Program-made: the position numbers and the translations under genes
Assembly: GCF_963576615.1 (NCBI RefSeq)
Contig: NC_088716.1
Location: forward strand, 43,495,910 to 43,559,909
DNA: 64,000 nucleotides
Reading direction: 5' to 3'
From: Watersipora subatra
Lineage: Eukaryota
Shown: positions 11,330 to 24,721 of the stretch, in pieces
Layout: each line of letters opens with the position of its first letter
Position numbering within the stretch: position 1 is the stretch's first letter
The notes under the pieces: generated by a model
What the model was told of the DNA's origin: nothing
Seen by the model: the letters and a program-made list of their open reading frames with translations, nothing else
Databases searched by the model: none

Positions 11330-13080
11330 CTACAGGAAGAAAGTAAGAACCAGATAACAGGGTTTAAATGTCTGTAGAGTCTGTCAGCTATTTATGTAGA
11401 AATAATTGCTATGAGATACGAGCTTAATGCGCTTTGGGGCTGAGCTCGTACGTAAACTCACATGTATCAGAAATAATTTTTTTTAAATAAAATAGCTAAA
11501 CACAAATTAATCCATTTCCAGCATCTAAGAAGATGCATATAAACAGGAAACTACTAGAGAAAAACATGTTTTAATTGTTCTAGTTCCCCACCTAGAATCA
11601 AAAACCAACAAATACATATCTAGTGATTATGGTCTTCCATAAAATGTAACATTATTATGTACAGTGCTGTATGGCATTCTTACTTTCGAGACAAACAGTA
11701 GCGGCTAACGACGTTGTGAGAAACTTGACAGCAATGCGTTTGGTAAACTAGATGTTTGTGACGCTACCTAACATAACATAAACTTTAAATGTAACTTACC
11801 GTATATACTCATTTATATATCGATCTCATGTATAAGTCGATAGGTATTTTAAGACAAAAACTTGCATAATTATAAGTATTACTCATGTAGAAGTCAAACT
11901 CGGTATTTCGGAATATTTCGAATAACTATTTTGAATCTGAATTGATCTTTGCTCTGCAGAATAACAACATAACTTTCAAATTTTACAGTTTCTTCCGACT
12001 CGATATGACAAAGAGTTTTTCCGCTAATTTTAAACAAACTTTACGAGGACTCGCTCACGATATTATTGGTGCAACGACTGCACACTAAAACGCGAACGTT
12101 AAAGCTGCTAGAATGCATGCTAAGAATGTTGCCTGTTTGCTACACCGTGGCTAGTAAGCAAACGAAAAGCAAACATTTATTGAATGAGGTTTATTCAAAT
12201 ATTAGACTACGCATATTAGACTACACAATTACAAATTTACAGTTATAAAAATTCACTTATCATTTTTTAAATATATTACTTCTTAAATTTACAATCAGCC
12301 GTAGGCAGCACAACAAAAGCAGCTGCCTTGTTATGATTGAAAGTGCTGTCATAAGTTTGTTTGCTGGTAACTGTGAAATTGCCCCTAATATTTTATACCA
12401 GTAATTCTGTGAAGTAGCTCACACTTGTACGATGAAGTACCGTTATTATGAGAGTTTGTTAAGGCTTCATAGAGTGATGTGCATATTGCATCTATAACAG
12501 CGGAGTTTTCTTTTCATATTCACTTTCTATTCATCTCAGCAACAGATCCATGTCCACTACTCATGTATAAATCAACCCCCAATATTTACCTTAGAATCGT
12601 CGACCAAAAACTCGACATATACGTGAGTATGTACAGCAAATGAATTTAACTTACTAAGCACACACTAAAAAATAAGTTACACCAAATTTAATTTTAATTC
12701 CATTTTAAGTTTGTATTATATTCATCCGGCTTGGCTCATTTTGCTTCACTTTTAGAGTCGCTTTCACCTTCACTTTCAACTGGCCTTTTTGAATCCTTGT
12801 GGATGGGAAAGACCGAGTGATGCTGTTCTTGTAAACGGCCTCTCGCATCAAGAGCTGTCTCATATGCTCGTATCTCAAACTTGTCTCATATCTCAAAGAA
12901 AATATTCGCTCAAAATTGTCTCGTATCTCAGAGAAAATATTTGCTCAAAATTGTCTCGTATCTCAAATTTCTCATAGGTCTGAGCATATGTATCTCAAGG
13001 TACTGTATAACAAAAGATAGGTTACAAAGAACATCAGCTATCACTGCGGTTGGTATTGCTGATAGTGCGGAAGGCATTAT

Positions 13081-13212
13081 TTAGCCATTTAGCTCACCCA
13101 GAGACAAAACACCAGCATCTATAAGCAGTTCCTCCAGTGCCTTGTAATTGAACTTTTCAACCTTCTTGGTAGCAAGTAGATAACTCTCAATAAGAGTTAT
13201 GTTGGAGTCCGT
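13081..13212 (-). CDS. Candidate 3'-terminal coding exon: TDSNITLIESYLLATKKVEKFNYKALEELLIDAGVLSLGELNG*.
   Basis: Minus-strand acceptor 'aattgttacag|ACGGACTCC', open frame for 43 codons, then TAA (plus-strand tta at 13081-13083). It belongs to a gene lying at higher coordinates. Confidence 0.3.
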   Translation of the reverse strand, partial: TDSNITLIESYLLATKKVEKFNYKALEELLIDAGVLSLGELNG

Positions 13213-14418
13213 CTGTAACAATTGGTATAAAACATTTCATTTGAAGGTTAAATGATGAAGTAAGTGCAGACCCAAAGGACATGGTCAGTTTTTAAATGAC
13301 TGATCAAAAACGAGCAGTTTTACATAATACAGTGGAAGCTCTGCTTACGAAATTATTATGTTTTGGATACCGTTTCATAAGCAGTAGGAATAACAATGAG
13401 CGCATGTTGCTCTATAAATACCCCAACTCGTTCCAAGCCACCACAAAACTCAGACATAATAATTGCATGTGTTATAAAATAATGGTTAAAACCTGTAAGA
13501 AATGCATATTAGAATCAGATTACTGCGTAAGAAATAGAAAAAATACACGTGAAAAGAAGAATGAACAGAGGAAAAAAGATTAAGTTCTCAAGATCATTAA
13601 GATTAAGATCAAGATCTCAAGTTACTAGGTTAAGTTACTCAAATTCATTGGTTAAAGAAGCTTAGTCAGTAGCAACTACGTTACCTGTCACTGTTTATAA
13701 GCTGTTTTAGATCTTATGCGAATGTGTAGCATATGAGGTAAGAAATGTTTTTCACCAATCTGTTATAGCTATGCCTTGAACCTTTGAATATTTGAATCAT
13801 GCATTGGCCGGACACGCAGAAATAAGCAAACACCTTCATTTAAAAGTTAAAATGGTAAATGTTGTATACGTTGATTAATAAAAAATAAATTTTCTGTGCA
13901 GAAACTTTTTTTTAGTACCCGCGCAACGCTAGGCATTCAGTAGTCTGCAGCCAAAAATATTTATCCTTTGGTCCTATCTTTTTATCGAGCCTACTTTTAA
14001 AAAAGATTTGTACAAAATAAATGTAAAAATTTGGCTATGCATATTAAATATCCACTAAGACATAGTTTCCCCTATTTATCTCATGTTAAAAATTGCAGTA
14101 ATCTCTCCTCTTTGCAAGAGTTACTTTGGAAAGAAAATTCTAAAGGTTGTTTATAAAAAGAAAATTTCTGCAAAATAAAAAATAAATTTTTTTGAAACAT
14201 GAGTCATAACTTTGACGCTTCCGAACACTTATACCGCTTCTACATTTTCACAATTACTCTACATGTAAGTACATACATATGTCCTTGTGCATGCAGCATA
14301 TCTGTATAGTACATGGTATATATGATACTGAAATCCATAAGGACCTCACAAGAAACAAATGGAAAAGCATGACTGGAGTGAGAACCAAAGAGGTTACGAC
14401 AACGCTGAATATTCTTGT

Positions 14419-14858
14419 GCCAATCAACATTAGAATAGCGAAATGATGAGAAGTTTTGAGCCAATCAACATTAGAATAGCAAAATGATGAGAAGTTTTGA
14501 GCCAATCAACATTAGAATAGCGAAATGATGAGAAGTTTTGAGCCAATCAACATTAGAATAGCAAAATGGTGAGAAGTTTTGAGCCAATCAACATTAGAAT
14601 AATGAAATGGTGAGAAGTTTTGAGCCAATCAACATTAGAATAGCAAAATGATGAGAAGTTTTGAGCCAATCAACATTAGAATAGCGAAATGATGAGAAGT
14701 TTTGAACCAACCAACATTAGAATAGCGAAATGGTGAGAAGTTTTGAGCCAATCAACATTAGAATAGCGAAATGGTGAGAAGTTTTGAGCCAATCAACATT
14801 AGAATAGAGAAATGATGAGAAGTTTTGGGCCAATCAACATTAGAATAGCGAAATGATA
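14419..14858. repeat. 41-bp minisatellite, about 10.7 copies (gccaatcaacattagaatagcgaaatgatgagaagttttga).
   Basis: Exact period of 41 bp (unit starts at 14419, 14460, 14501 and so on). Produces the artefactual ORFs 14240..14505. Confidence 0.9.
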
Positions 14859-17143
14859 AAAAGCGCTTTTTGGCGATCCCATGTTGACAAAGGAGAGATG
14901 GTCAAACTCTATTTAATGGTTGAAAAGCGATCTCGACCAATTGCGGGAAGATATTCTACTTTTATTGACATTGGCATTTTACTTTTCGTTGACATTGGCC
15001 AGCGCATTGCTAGGTGACATTCATATCAAGAGACTGCACTACACATTTATGCCTTAGTGACAAGACAAACAGTGTATTCCTATACATATTCAAATGAGAG
15101 CTACCAAACAACCGCGATACAGCGAAGTCGCGATCGTCGAAGCCGAGCAGTAGGATTGATTACTGTATTCATCTCAATAGTTTTAGATTATCTTTCACGG
15201 CTCAGACCAAACCACTATGAAATTTCAAGAACTTACAAACCGTTGCATACCCTAGTAGTTCAACAGTCTGCTAACAGACAGGATGTGGCATTTAGCTAAA
15301 AGCTACCTGTTGATACAGGACTGGACTGAATATAGGTGATGGAGCTGATTCGTCCAAATCGCATCCAATGAGATGCAAAGATTCATTCCACTTAAAATCA
15401 GTAAGCCTGGCGTAGCTGATTCGTAAATGCACCTCACCACCTACAAGCATAGCCACAACATGATCAAGGTAAGTATATATGACATGACTTTGGAATGAAC
15501 ATAAAGCTTTTACTATAATAAGAGCCGCTTCTGTCTGTCCATCCTTCTAAAAGTGGGGTTAGAGGCTAGGATGAAAGATTGCATCAAACGAGATTAGAAC
15601 TTCTTAGGATCCCATTCCACCTGCGCTAACCTTCCAGCATATCCAAATAACTAGGCAGATGATTATTCCCTGTGCTCGATTAACGCACTAAACACGAGGC
15701 GCTAGAACATATCATATAACTATATATCAGGGTGCTAGCACAAATTATGTTTGGCTAGTTATAACCTATCTAACCTCATTATAAAACTAAGATCTCAAAA
15801 AGCTGTGTGATTGAGCGTTTGACTAGAAACTTTGTTCTTTAAAACCTCGTCAATCACGTCTTCATAAAAAGATTCATGTTTCCCAACTATATTCGCGGAT
15901 AGACAAATGATACACTGAAAATACATGCATTTCTTCATCAAGTACATTTAAACGTTGGCAAAAACTTGGACAAAAAACTGGCTCATACATAATAGAATGC
16001 TTAGAAGAAACTCTTGTTTGTACATCTAATACTCCACACCATTTTTTTGTACATGAATAATTTACACAGACAAAGACTTATTTCTAGTTCAATGGCATTG
16101 TTTGTAATAATCGTAATATAATTCCATAAGTTTTTGGCAATTTTTGTTTTATATATATTATATACATTATTTTATATATTTATATTACCGCCAAACTTTT
16201 AACGCATGACAAAGAAAACCAAAGAATTCTTGGCAGATGAATAAGATAACAAAGACTGGGTTGGATTGTGTCAAAGGTATGACAGAAATATTAATCAGAA
16301 CATTTTAAAAATGAAAAAAATTTATTATAAGCATGGACAACTGATCACCAAGGTAGACATGCAGCAGATGTTTCAGCAACCTGAAAATGTTTTTAAGCTC
16401 TAATAGGTTAAAGTAAAAAGATAAGTTACTTTGCGCTCAAAGATTGGAGCCTGTGATAGGCATTTATATTGTTGTACTGCCATTGAAATGTCATGTACCC
16501 TAACTTCTAGCTTGTTACAGGAATCAGAGCTAACTGCGCTAACTAACTGCACTTTTGTCACGACTGTTGATCCCCTCATGAACTCTTAATATTTATTAGA
16601 TCTCAGTCTACATTGATTAACAGTAATCAATACAATAAACCTTCAGTCAAAATTTAAAACTTGTTGCTAAATATTCAAATAAGCAACAATGTTAGTTGTC
16701 CGCTCTCGTCCTTGTTTGTTTAGGTAAAAATGTTGGACTCTGTCCAAGGGAGTTCACAATTAAGATAGAAAGACAATTTTTCATAAAAATCACCTGTATT
16801 GACACAAAGTATTGACATAAAGTGTGTTAAAATACAAATAAACCATACTAGTAATCACATGACAGTCACATGAAAGATCAGCGTGTGTAAGAAGTATGTT
16901 CATAACTATTCCATAAAATACCAAGATAGCAAAGTGGTGGAGTGGTTAATGCGCTTTTCTAGAAAATTGAATAATTGAGTTCAATTCTGAAGGGGAGAAA
17001 TTTTTCCCTAATGCTTTTAGCGTGGTTACGGATGGAAAGACAGACATGGCTCTTATTATAGTAAAGATTGCGAAGCTCTGGAATCATTTCATAATTTATT
17101 ATGCTTATATTCAAAGTACCTTGATGAAACCTAAAAGTCTTAC

Positions 17144-17216
17144 CTAAGATTTTCTGATAGATTCCATAAGAATCATCAACGCAGAATTCCATTGATTCCG
17201 TTACTGGTTCTGGCTC
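17144..17216 (-). CDS. Short internal exon (phase 0 to 1): EPEPVTESMEFCVDDSYGIYQKIL. Probably the next exon downstream of the proline-rich exon of copy A.
   Basis: Minus-strand acceptor 'tttttttcaag|GAGCCAGAACC' and donor 'ATCTTAG|gtaagact'. It overlaps ORF 16959..17267 (-). It is phase-compatible with the donor at 17928, which ends in phase 0. Confidence 0.35.
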
Positions 17217-17269
17217 CTTGAAAAAAATAAATGAAAATGTGTGAAAGATGCAAGACTTAGAGAACAAAC

Positions 17270-20200
17270 AGCATCAGTAACTAACATCTCGCTGCAACAG
17301 ATCAAGCATCTGACTCTAACCACATTCTCAGACAAGTTTTAAGGGTGGTTAAAGTGAATAGGGCAATTTGACTCGGTGCTTGCTGAATGAACACGTTTTG
17401 AACAAACTTAAGCGTCCAGGAAGAGGGCTGGCAAATATATCACAAAACATCTCAAAACATACGCAATTAAGAACAGATTTTGTTGCTTTCTACGCAGCAT
17501 TAAGAAAAAAGTTAAAGACTTGCACTATGATGGAGTGATACTGTCTTTCCGTTCATTGAACTTGCCTGAAAGATTATCCAAACCAATATTATAAAAGTCA
17601 TTGAGTTCAAACATTCAGTGAACTGGCAATAAATTCTTCTTGAAACTCCAGAAAAAAACAATTGACAGCAACTTATTATTTTATCAATATTTGGGAATGT
17701 CTAAAAAATGCTATGCATACAAGAATCTACTGTATACTACATAGTACAGAAAGTACAATTCTGGTGGGTAACTGTAATTTACATGTATATGGCTTTACTG
17801 TTATTCAACTAGCCCTTGATAATGCCTGTGAGACGCGCTACTAAGCTTAGAGTATGCTACCAAATCAAAAAATATTAAACCTCTGAAGAACATGATGCCA
17901 AGTTGTAGAAATAATAACCAGATTCACCTGAAAATTTTCGTTCCTTTTCCTCTCAAGCCTTGGCACCATCCTCTTTTTCATCGTGCTTGGTAACCTCATC
18001 TCGGAATTGGATGGAAAACATTGTGACATAGCTGCTGCATCCGCTAAGGATGACATGAAGTTCATGACTTGATGTTGAACTTGTTCTGCTGGTTTTGATG
18101 CAGTATTAGTTTTTAATGTAACAGACTGCAGTGATGATGTCATACCTTGAGGCACCGACTCTGCCAACTCCATCACTTTCACCTCACTCTTCGACTCCAT
18201 CTCAGAATGGGATGAGAGACAGAGATAGGATACGTTAGAGTACTGTTTAGTTCGAGGTCGTGGTAATCCAGATGTCATACCTGCTGCTGAAGATACCCTG
18301 ATATGCTGATATGGTGGTGGTGCTTCAGATGTCACACCTTGGGGCGATGATGGTGCTAGTGAAAATACCCTGTCTTGAGGTGGTGGTGCAGATGGCACTA
18401 CTCGAGGTGGTAGTGGTGGTGGTTTACTATAGTAATTCGTGTTTCCGTAAACTGACAGCCAAGCTAAAATTTATTAAATCCAATCTCTATCTAAAAATCA
18501 GCAAGTCTTATTATCTTATACATATACTCCAACTATAATATATTATGGCAAGACAAAGCGTAGTTCTTAATTGATTAAAAATACACTAGCGTGCTTGTGC
18601 CTTTGCATACATTTTGAGTTTTAAAGAACACTTTTCTAATACATACAGTGCAACCTCAGGTTACAATTTTTATCCATTACAGAGTTGGCATCATATGGGG
18701 AGAAAATCGTATAGAGAGATATAGAAAGCATAGTAATTATATAATGCGAACATCCCCTGCTAAAAATCATCAAAACTTTATACAAGTATACTGTACATAT
18801 TAAAAATTAGCAACAATGTAGTAGAGTAACTTTGGCGCCTATAGTTATCTACATCAACTTTAGTATATTTAGAGTATTTATTGGTTATAATCTGCATTAA
18901 AATGTAACATTGGAATGCGCTGAGCAGTACATACCGTAGAAGGTTCTTACCTTCAAGACAGACATATGTATAACATAGACTTTGAATTCACTTTAAATGA
19001 GTTCAGCTTACTAAACACAAATTTAAAGCTATGTTTTTGTATGCATTTTTAAACTATTTTATTGAATTTCAACTTTTCACTACTAAAATTTTATCACCTA
19101 TCGGTTTCTGGCTCTGTTTTCAGTGTAACTTTTAGTCGACTTGATTAAAACCTTTTTAACCTAATTCGCCAGGAAGCCTGAGCTATGCTGTTCTCGAAGA
19201 TGTTCTGTTTAATATCCAATGAAGTGGACTTTTGTTAGCAGGTAAAAAGAAGTTGCCTGACCACTGAACTTCCGTTTGAAGGGATTGCAACTCTAACTTT
19301 ACTACTGGTTAGTTTTAAAGGGAAAATATTAGTATTTTTCACATGAGAAATGCTGAACTGAGAGAAATTCTAGATTCTAGAGAACTAAGAGACTGCATCG
19401 CGTCTCTTTCATGCATTGTGAAAATGTTTTCGGTGAGCAGCATTTTGGCGTCTTCGTTATTTCCATGTACGTAATAAGCATACTGACTGCCAAATTTTAA
19501 CTCAAGCAAAAAATTTGTTGAATTGGTATGGTGAAATAAGATTCGTATGGTGAGGCGGAAAAATAATCATGTTCCAGTTCGTAAGGTGTAAACTCGTATA
19601 ACAGGGTAGTCGTATCCTGAGGGTGCCAATGATATCTGTATTAACAAATCCCACACTTTCATCATAAGTCTGTCTGTTACGTTAGTCCGTGTACGCATTA
19701 TGTTTCCACATTCTTGGCTGATTTCATCCAAACTTCACATGCATATGTGACAGGTGACATATGTGACAGGTGACATATGTGACAGGTGACATATGTGACA
19801 GGTGACATATGTGACGGGTGACATATGTGAAAGGTGACATATGTGAAAGGTGACATATGTGACAGGACATATCCTTGTCAATACAAATGAGGTCAGATCA
19901 GAAACTATTTTACAGCCTTATGTAATAGAAAAATTTCTCAGCTTTCCAAAACTGTTTTCGGAATTGGAAATAGTGCCATCGGCGCACAATCGAAAAGGTG
20001 CTGTTGGTCAATATGGTCAACATCAAAAAACTGAGAAATTTGTTTCCAAAAAGAATGGATTGGATTTTAAACAGTATCATCTATTGATGTTTAGGGAGGT
20101 CATTTCAACCGCACCCTACGAACATTACGTTTTTATGAATGTTAGAAATGGCTTGGCTTCAAAAAAGTTTAAGCCACATCGTTAATTTGACTTTGAGAGC

Positions 20201-20700
20201 CTATTGTGTACTATATGAAATGCCTCATTTGTATTGAAAATGATACGACCTGTCACATATGCTTCGTGCCCTCTACCAGGTCGCTAAAAGTATTTGGCTT
20301 CAAAACTCAGTCTGGTTCCTGGAAACCGTCTGGCCGAAGAAAGTCAGTCTGGTTCCTGGGTACTGTCCTATCAAACACCCACCTGCAGGCTATCTGATTG
20401 ACAATGAAATAAATTCTGGACATAAGCGGGTCGACTGCTACAGTAAGCCAGAAGGTAGTTGATAAGTGCAGGTAATACAGTGTCAGACTGCTAGGCTGAA
20501 TGTCATGAGTTCGAATCCCGCGCAAAACAATCTTTATGAAGATAATAGAAGAACTTGAATTATTGCCTGTATTATGTATTCAGTGTGACGATTTTAAGCA
20601 AAATTAGAAGATAGTCAGAGTTTTGTAAGTAATAAGTAATAGACTGTCTTCCTGCTTAGCAGAATATCTTTACTATAATAGGAGTGGTACCCGTGATGTT
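17270..20700. repeat. Segmental duplication, copy A, in module order Y-Pro-X-Z.
   Basis: 17270-17830 matches 27395-28345; 17830-18400 matches 24720-25260; 18400-19380 matches 26430-27380; 19380-20700 matches 28560-30310. Each pair is roughly 90-95% identical by eye. Confidence 0.8.
17928..18398 (-). CDS. Proline-rich coding exon, paralogous copy A: ...PPLPPRVVPSAPPPQDRVFSLAPSSPQGVTSEAPPP...EMESKSEVKVMELAESVPQGMTS...RKRNENFQ|gtgaat.
   Basis: ORF 17865..18398 (-). Canonical donor 'AATTTTCAG|gtgaatc' at 17928/17927. It is ~85% identical to the 3' part of the exon at 24722-25976. The 5' boundary is not resolved, since the frame is still open above 18398. Confidence 0.5.
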
Positions 20701-23700
20701 AAAAATTATTGCGTGAGAAATGGGTTTTATGAGCAAACTACCAGAGGTCCATCCATTACCTTCGGCATATTTAATGTGGAAATGTAGGCCCACTCCGGGC
20801 AATGCCTGGCTCAATTCGCAGTCTTGGAACTTTCATTTTCCATATAAAAGCACCACAATCTATCTGATGAAAAATGCAAGAACGCGCCTTTCCTTGTTAA
20901 ATCACTTAAATGTCACTATTAGAATAAAAACACCTTGAAGCAAGAAATTGGGCTCAAAAATTTTAACGAACAATAAAATTATATACAGTAGTAAAACTTA
21001 CTTCTAGATGTTCCCATGATCGACCTTTAAGCTTTAAACTTTTTTAATTAACTTGTTTGAAAAATAAAAATTGAAATAGCTGAAATGTTCGATACGCAAT
21101 ATAAAACTAGAAGTCACATCATGTAATCTTTCACAAAAAAAGAAAATTGATGGTTAACCAATCTAAATCAAGTAGCAAAACATGGTCTGGGCAGATACGG
21201 CTCTAAACGTTTACACAGAACCAATAAAGTTAGGTGTCAATAAGACTAGATATTAAGTGAGACAGACAAACAAAATTTGAAGTCACCTCATAGACATCAT
21301 CTGCTTGAACAATGGTTAGGGTCAAAGACTTTTGTTAAACAAAGCATTAGAGTCATTTACTGATTGTCACATGGAACCACGAGAATCATTGCAAATTGAA
21401 AGGGCAGCCAGAAACTTTGTAAAAAGTTGTCTGAAGAGGGAAAAGATCATCTAGAGAGGAATTGCTCATTCCTAACATTAAATAATAAAACTAGTTTATT
21501 CAATGGCTGACTTGGCAGTCTGAGAATGTCAGAGACTATAAACTGGCATAATTAAGACATGAAAATTCTTGATATGCAGTTTTAAACAAAAAATAATACA
21601 TTGACACTGACCGATGTAATAAATAATTTATTTACCAAATAAAAATATACAGTTAGACTGATATAAGAGTAAATACTTATAACATGAGGTCATGTGATTG
21701 AGCAGCTCTTTGTGCTCACTGATTGGCTGGCAGTCACACTACTTATTTTAATCTAAACCATCAGTAGGCCTGGTGACGCTTGGGATGTTTCCTTATCAAT
21801 CAGATACCCTAAAGGTGAGTGTTTAGGAAGCTGGTTCATAGGAACCAGATGGAGTTTTGAGACCAAATACTTTAGTGACTTGACTAAATAAAAAAGTATA
21901 TGCCGGTGAAGTTTGGAAAACATCAGCCAGTAAACATCCACAATCTTTTCAAGAATATGATAAATAATAACAATGAATAGAGAAGTACTCTGGACAAAAA
22001 CTGAACGAACCTGTCACGGGTGCTGATCCCCGGGCCTTAGGAGGAGCATTCCAGCGCCGATCCACTAAATAGTAAGAAGACATATTATATGAGTAAAATT
22101 ATTACACAGAAGTAATTATACTCTACTAAACATAATTAGACTAACACAAAAGTAATGCATGATACAGACAGCAAAGACAGTGGCTTTATAAACACATGAA
22201 TGATGCTATAACTAGGTGGTAATAGCCTTAGGACCTCGATAGAGTCAGGTAATAATCATGCATATGATGATCACTCTCTCTTACGCTACAGATATCGAAT
22301 ACCGTTAAGTATTCGAGCAACAATAACTCGAGCTGACATTTCGGTGAAGAGTTAGTTTATTGGTTGGCTATGTGCCAAAGCTTAAGTTTATCCAAATCCT
22401 TAACAAACAAACACAACTCCCTTTCCCCATCAGCTTCTATCACGCATAAAGTTGTGTAATCAAGCAGATTATCTTCATGTCCACCAATCACCTGACTGCT
22501 GCCCCAACTCACTTCAATCTAACAATCACCTGACTGCTGCCCCTACTCACTTCAATCTAACAATCACCTGACTGTTGCCCCAACTCACTTCAATCTAACA
22601 ATCACCTGACTGTTGCCCCAACTCACTTCAATCTAACAATCACCTGACTGTTGCCCCAACTCACTTCAATCTAACAATCACCTGACTGTTGCCCCAACTC
22701 ACTTCAATCTAACAATCACCTGACTGTTGCCCCAACTCACTTCAATCTAACAATCACCTGACTGTTGCCCCAACTCACTTCAATCTAACAATCACCTGAC
22801 TGTTGCCCCAACTCACTTCAATCTAACAATCACCTGACTGTTGCCCCAACTCACTTCAATCTAACAATCACCTGACTGTTGCCCCAACTCACTTCAATCT
22901 AACAATCACCTGACTGTTGCCCCAACTCACTTCAATCTAACAATCACCTGACTGTTGCCCCAACTCACTTCAATCTAACAATCACCTGACTGTTGCCCCA
23001 ACTCACTTCAATCTAACAATCACCTGACTGTTGCCCCAACTCACTTCAATCTAACAATCACCTGACTGTTGCCCCAACTCACTTCAATCTAACAATCACC
23101 TGACTGTTGCCCCAACTCACTTCAATCTAACAATCACCTGACTGCTGCCCCAACTCACTTCAATCTGTTAATCACCTGACTGCTGCCCCAACTCACTTCA
23201 ATCTATTAATCACGTGGCTGCCTGGCTTTATGCCTGCTATGATTGATGTGTTCTATTTACATAATGTAGGAATGAATGGGTTGACAGGAACCTAATACAG
23301 GGTCAAGATGTGACAATAAATATTTTAAAATCTAAAATATCTAACAATTTCACCATTCAAGTATTTAGACGCTAAAATTCACACACCAAGTTTCTTGCCA
23401 CAACCTTTACCAAGCCGAAGATCTTTGAGATTCATGGAGGTGTTTTTCTATGACAACCACTATGATATTATTAGATCATATATGTTAACATGTTAATATG
23501 TTATATCTACATTAACTTAACAAACAGTTATAAACTTTTAACAGAAGAGTCATCTCATCAAATTTAGAAATATACCAACAAGTTATTTAACCGTTTTTGA
23601 GATGTTAACAGTTAATACCAGCACTTCCAACCAACATACATTCTTCCTTCTCTTCCATTACCCCCATAAAGATAACGTTACCAAACAATGCTGACGAATA

Positions 23701-23780
23701 TTCTTCGCAGTCCTCTACCGTTTCCTCCGCACAGTCCGTAACAGCAGCATAATACAATTCCATACCAGGAGAGAAACACA
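20680..23780 (+). repeat. Composite ~3 kb interspersed repeat, copy 1, ending in the 38-bp array and then the TATATACATACAG satellite.
   Basis: Collinear with 31930-35340 and 40125-43160. Shared landmarks: 'ggagtggtacccgtgatg', 'ttaaccaatctaaatcaagtagcaaaacatggtctgggcag' and 'caatcagataccctaaaggtgagtgtttaggaagctgg'. Confidence 0.75.
22485..23210. repeat. 38-bp tandem array, about 19 copies (aacaatcacctgactgttgccccaactcacttcaatct).
   Basis: Exact 38-bp periodicity. Shorter arrays of the same unit lie at 24538-24721, 34885-35078 and 41565-41755. Confidence 0.9.
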
Positions 23781-24062
23781 GTATATATACATACATACAA
23801 TATATATACATACAGCATATATACATACAATATATATATATAGTATATATACATACAGTATATATACATACAGTATACATACATACAGTATATATACATA
23901 CATACAATATATATATACATACAGTATATATACATATATTGTATGTATATATACATACAGTATATATACATACAGTATATATACATACAGTATATATACA
24001 TACATTATATATACATACAATATATATACATACAGTATATATACATACAGTATATATAGTAG
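23781..24062. repeat. (TATATACATACAG)n-type satellite.
   Basis: Direct repeats. The same satellite occurs at 43175-43608 and 52449-52705, each time abutting the conserved 'cgcacgggtaataaaa...ttgcacagaaaat' module. Produces the artefactual poly-Tyr/Ile/Cys ORFs. Confidence 0.9.
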
Positions 24063-24537
24063 ATTAATTTTTGGCGTCGCACGGGTAATAAAAACGTTTT
24101 TGCACAGAAAATTTACATTTAATCAGCATATGCAACATTTACCATTCTAACTTTCAAATGAAGGTTTTTGTTCATTTCCGTGTACTGTGTTTATTTATGT
24201 GTACTAAGCTTATTTCTGTGAAATTCATACTGCGCCGGCTACTGTGCCCACTACAGCTTTATACTGATTGCATTAGTTTTGTTGGTCGTGTGAGTTGAAG
24301 CAATTTTCTTCTCGTATGGGCTCGTATTGTTCTTCTGACATGGCTTCACGCATAGCGTTAGCTGAAGTGTCAAACATGAAGCCATGAAAGAGTGACACAT
24401 GTTTGTTGAACGATCCTTCAAATTTAGGCAAAAATTTAAGCACAAATTTAGGCAAAAAATGAAGTACAAAAAAATTAAATGCTGTAATAAATACAAAATT
24501 AGTATGAAATAACAGAATATTTGTAATTTTCCCAACA

Positions 24538-24721
24538 ACCACCTGAATGTTGCCCCAACTCACTTCAATCTAACAATCACCTGACTGTTGCCCCAACTCA
24601 CTTCAATCTAACAATCACCTGACTGCTGCCCCAACTCACTTCAATCTAACAATCACCTGACTGCTGCTCCAACTCACTTCAATCTAACAATCACCTGACT
24701 GCTGCCCCAACTCACTTAAAC
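24538..24721. repeat. 38-bp tandem array, about 5 copies, directly abutting the stop or donor of the proline-rich exon.
   Basis: Same unit as 22485-23210. It ends at 24721, one base before the TGA at 24722-24724. Confidence 0.85.

Noticed and set aside
15436-15469. Possible plus-strand start exon ATGCACCTCACCACCTACAAGCATAGCCACAACATGATCAAG|gtaagt.
   Set aside because: It is only 14 codons, there is no downstream exon in phase that I could find, and a donor-like gtaagt is common by chance in AT-rich DNA.
23605-24020. Tyr/Ile/Cys-rich ORFs (and the analogous ORFs 43032..43692 and 52456..52831).
   Set aside because: They are encoded by (TATATACATACAG)n satellite. The 'proteins' are just YIYCMYIY periodic translations.
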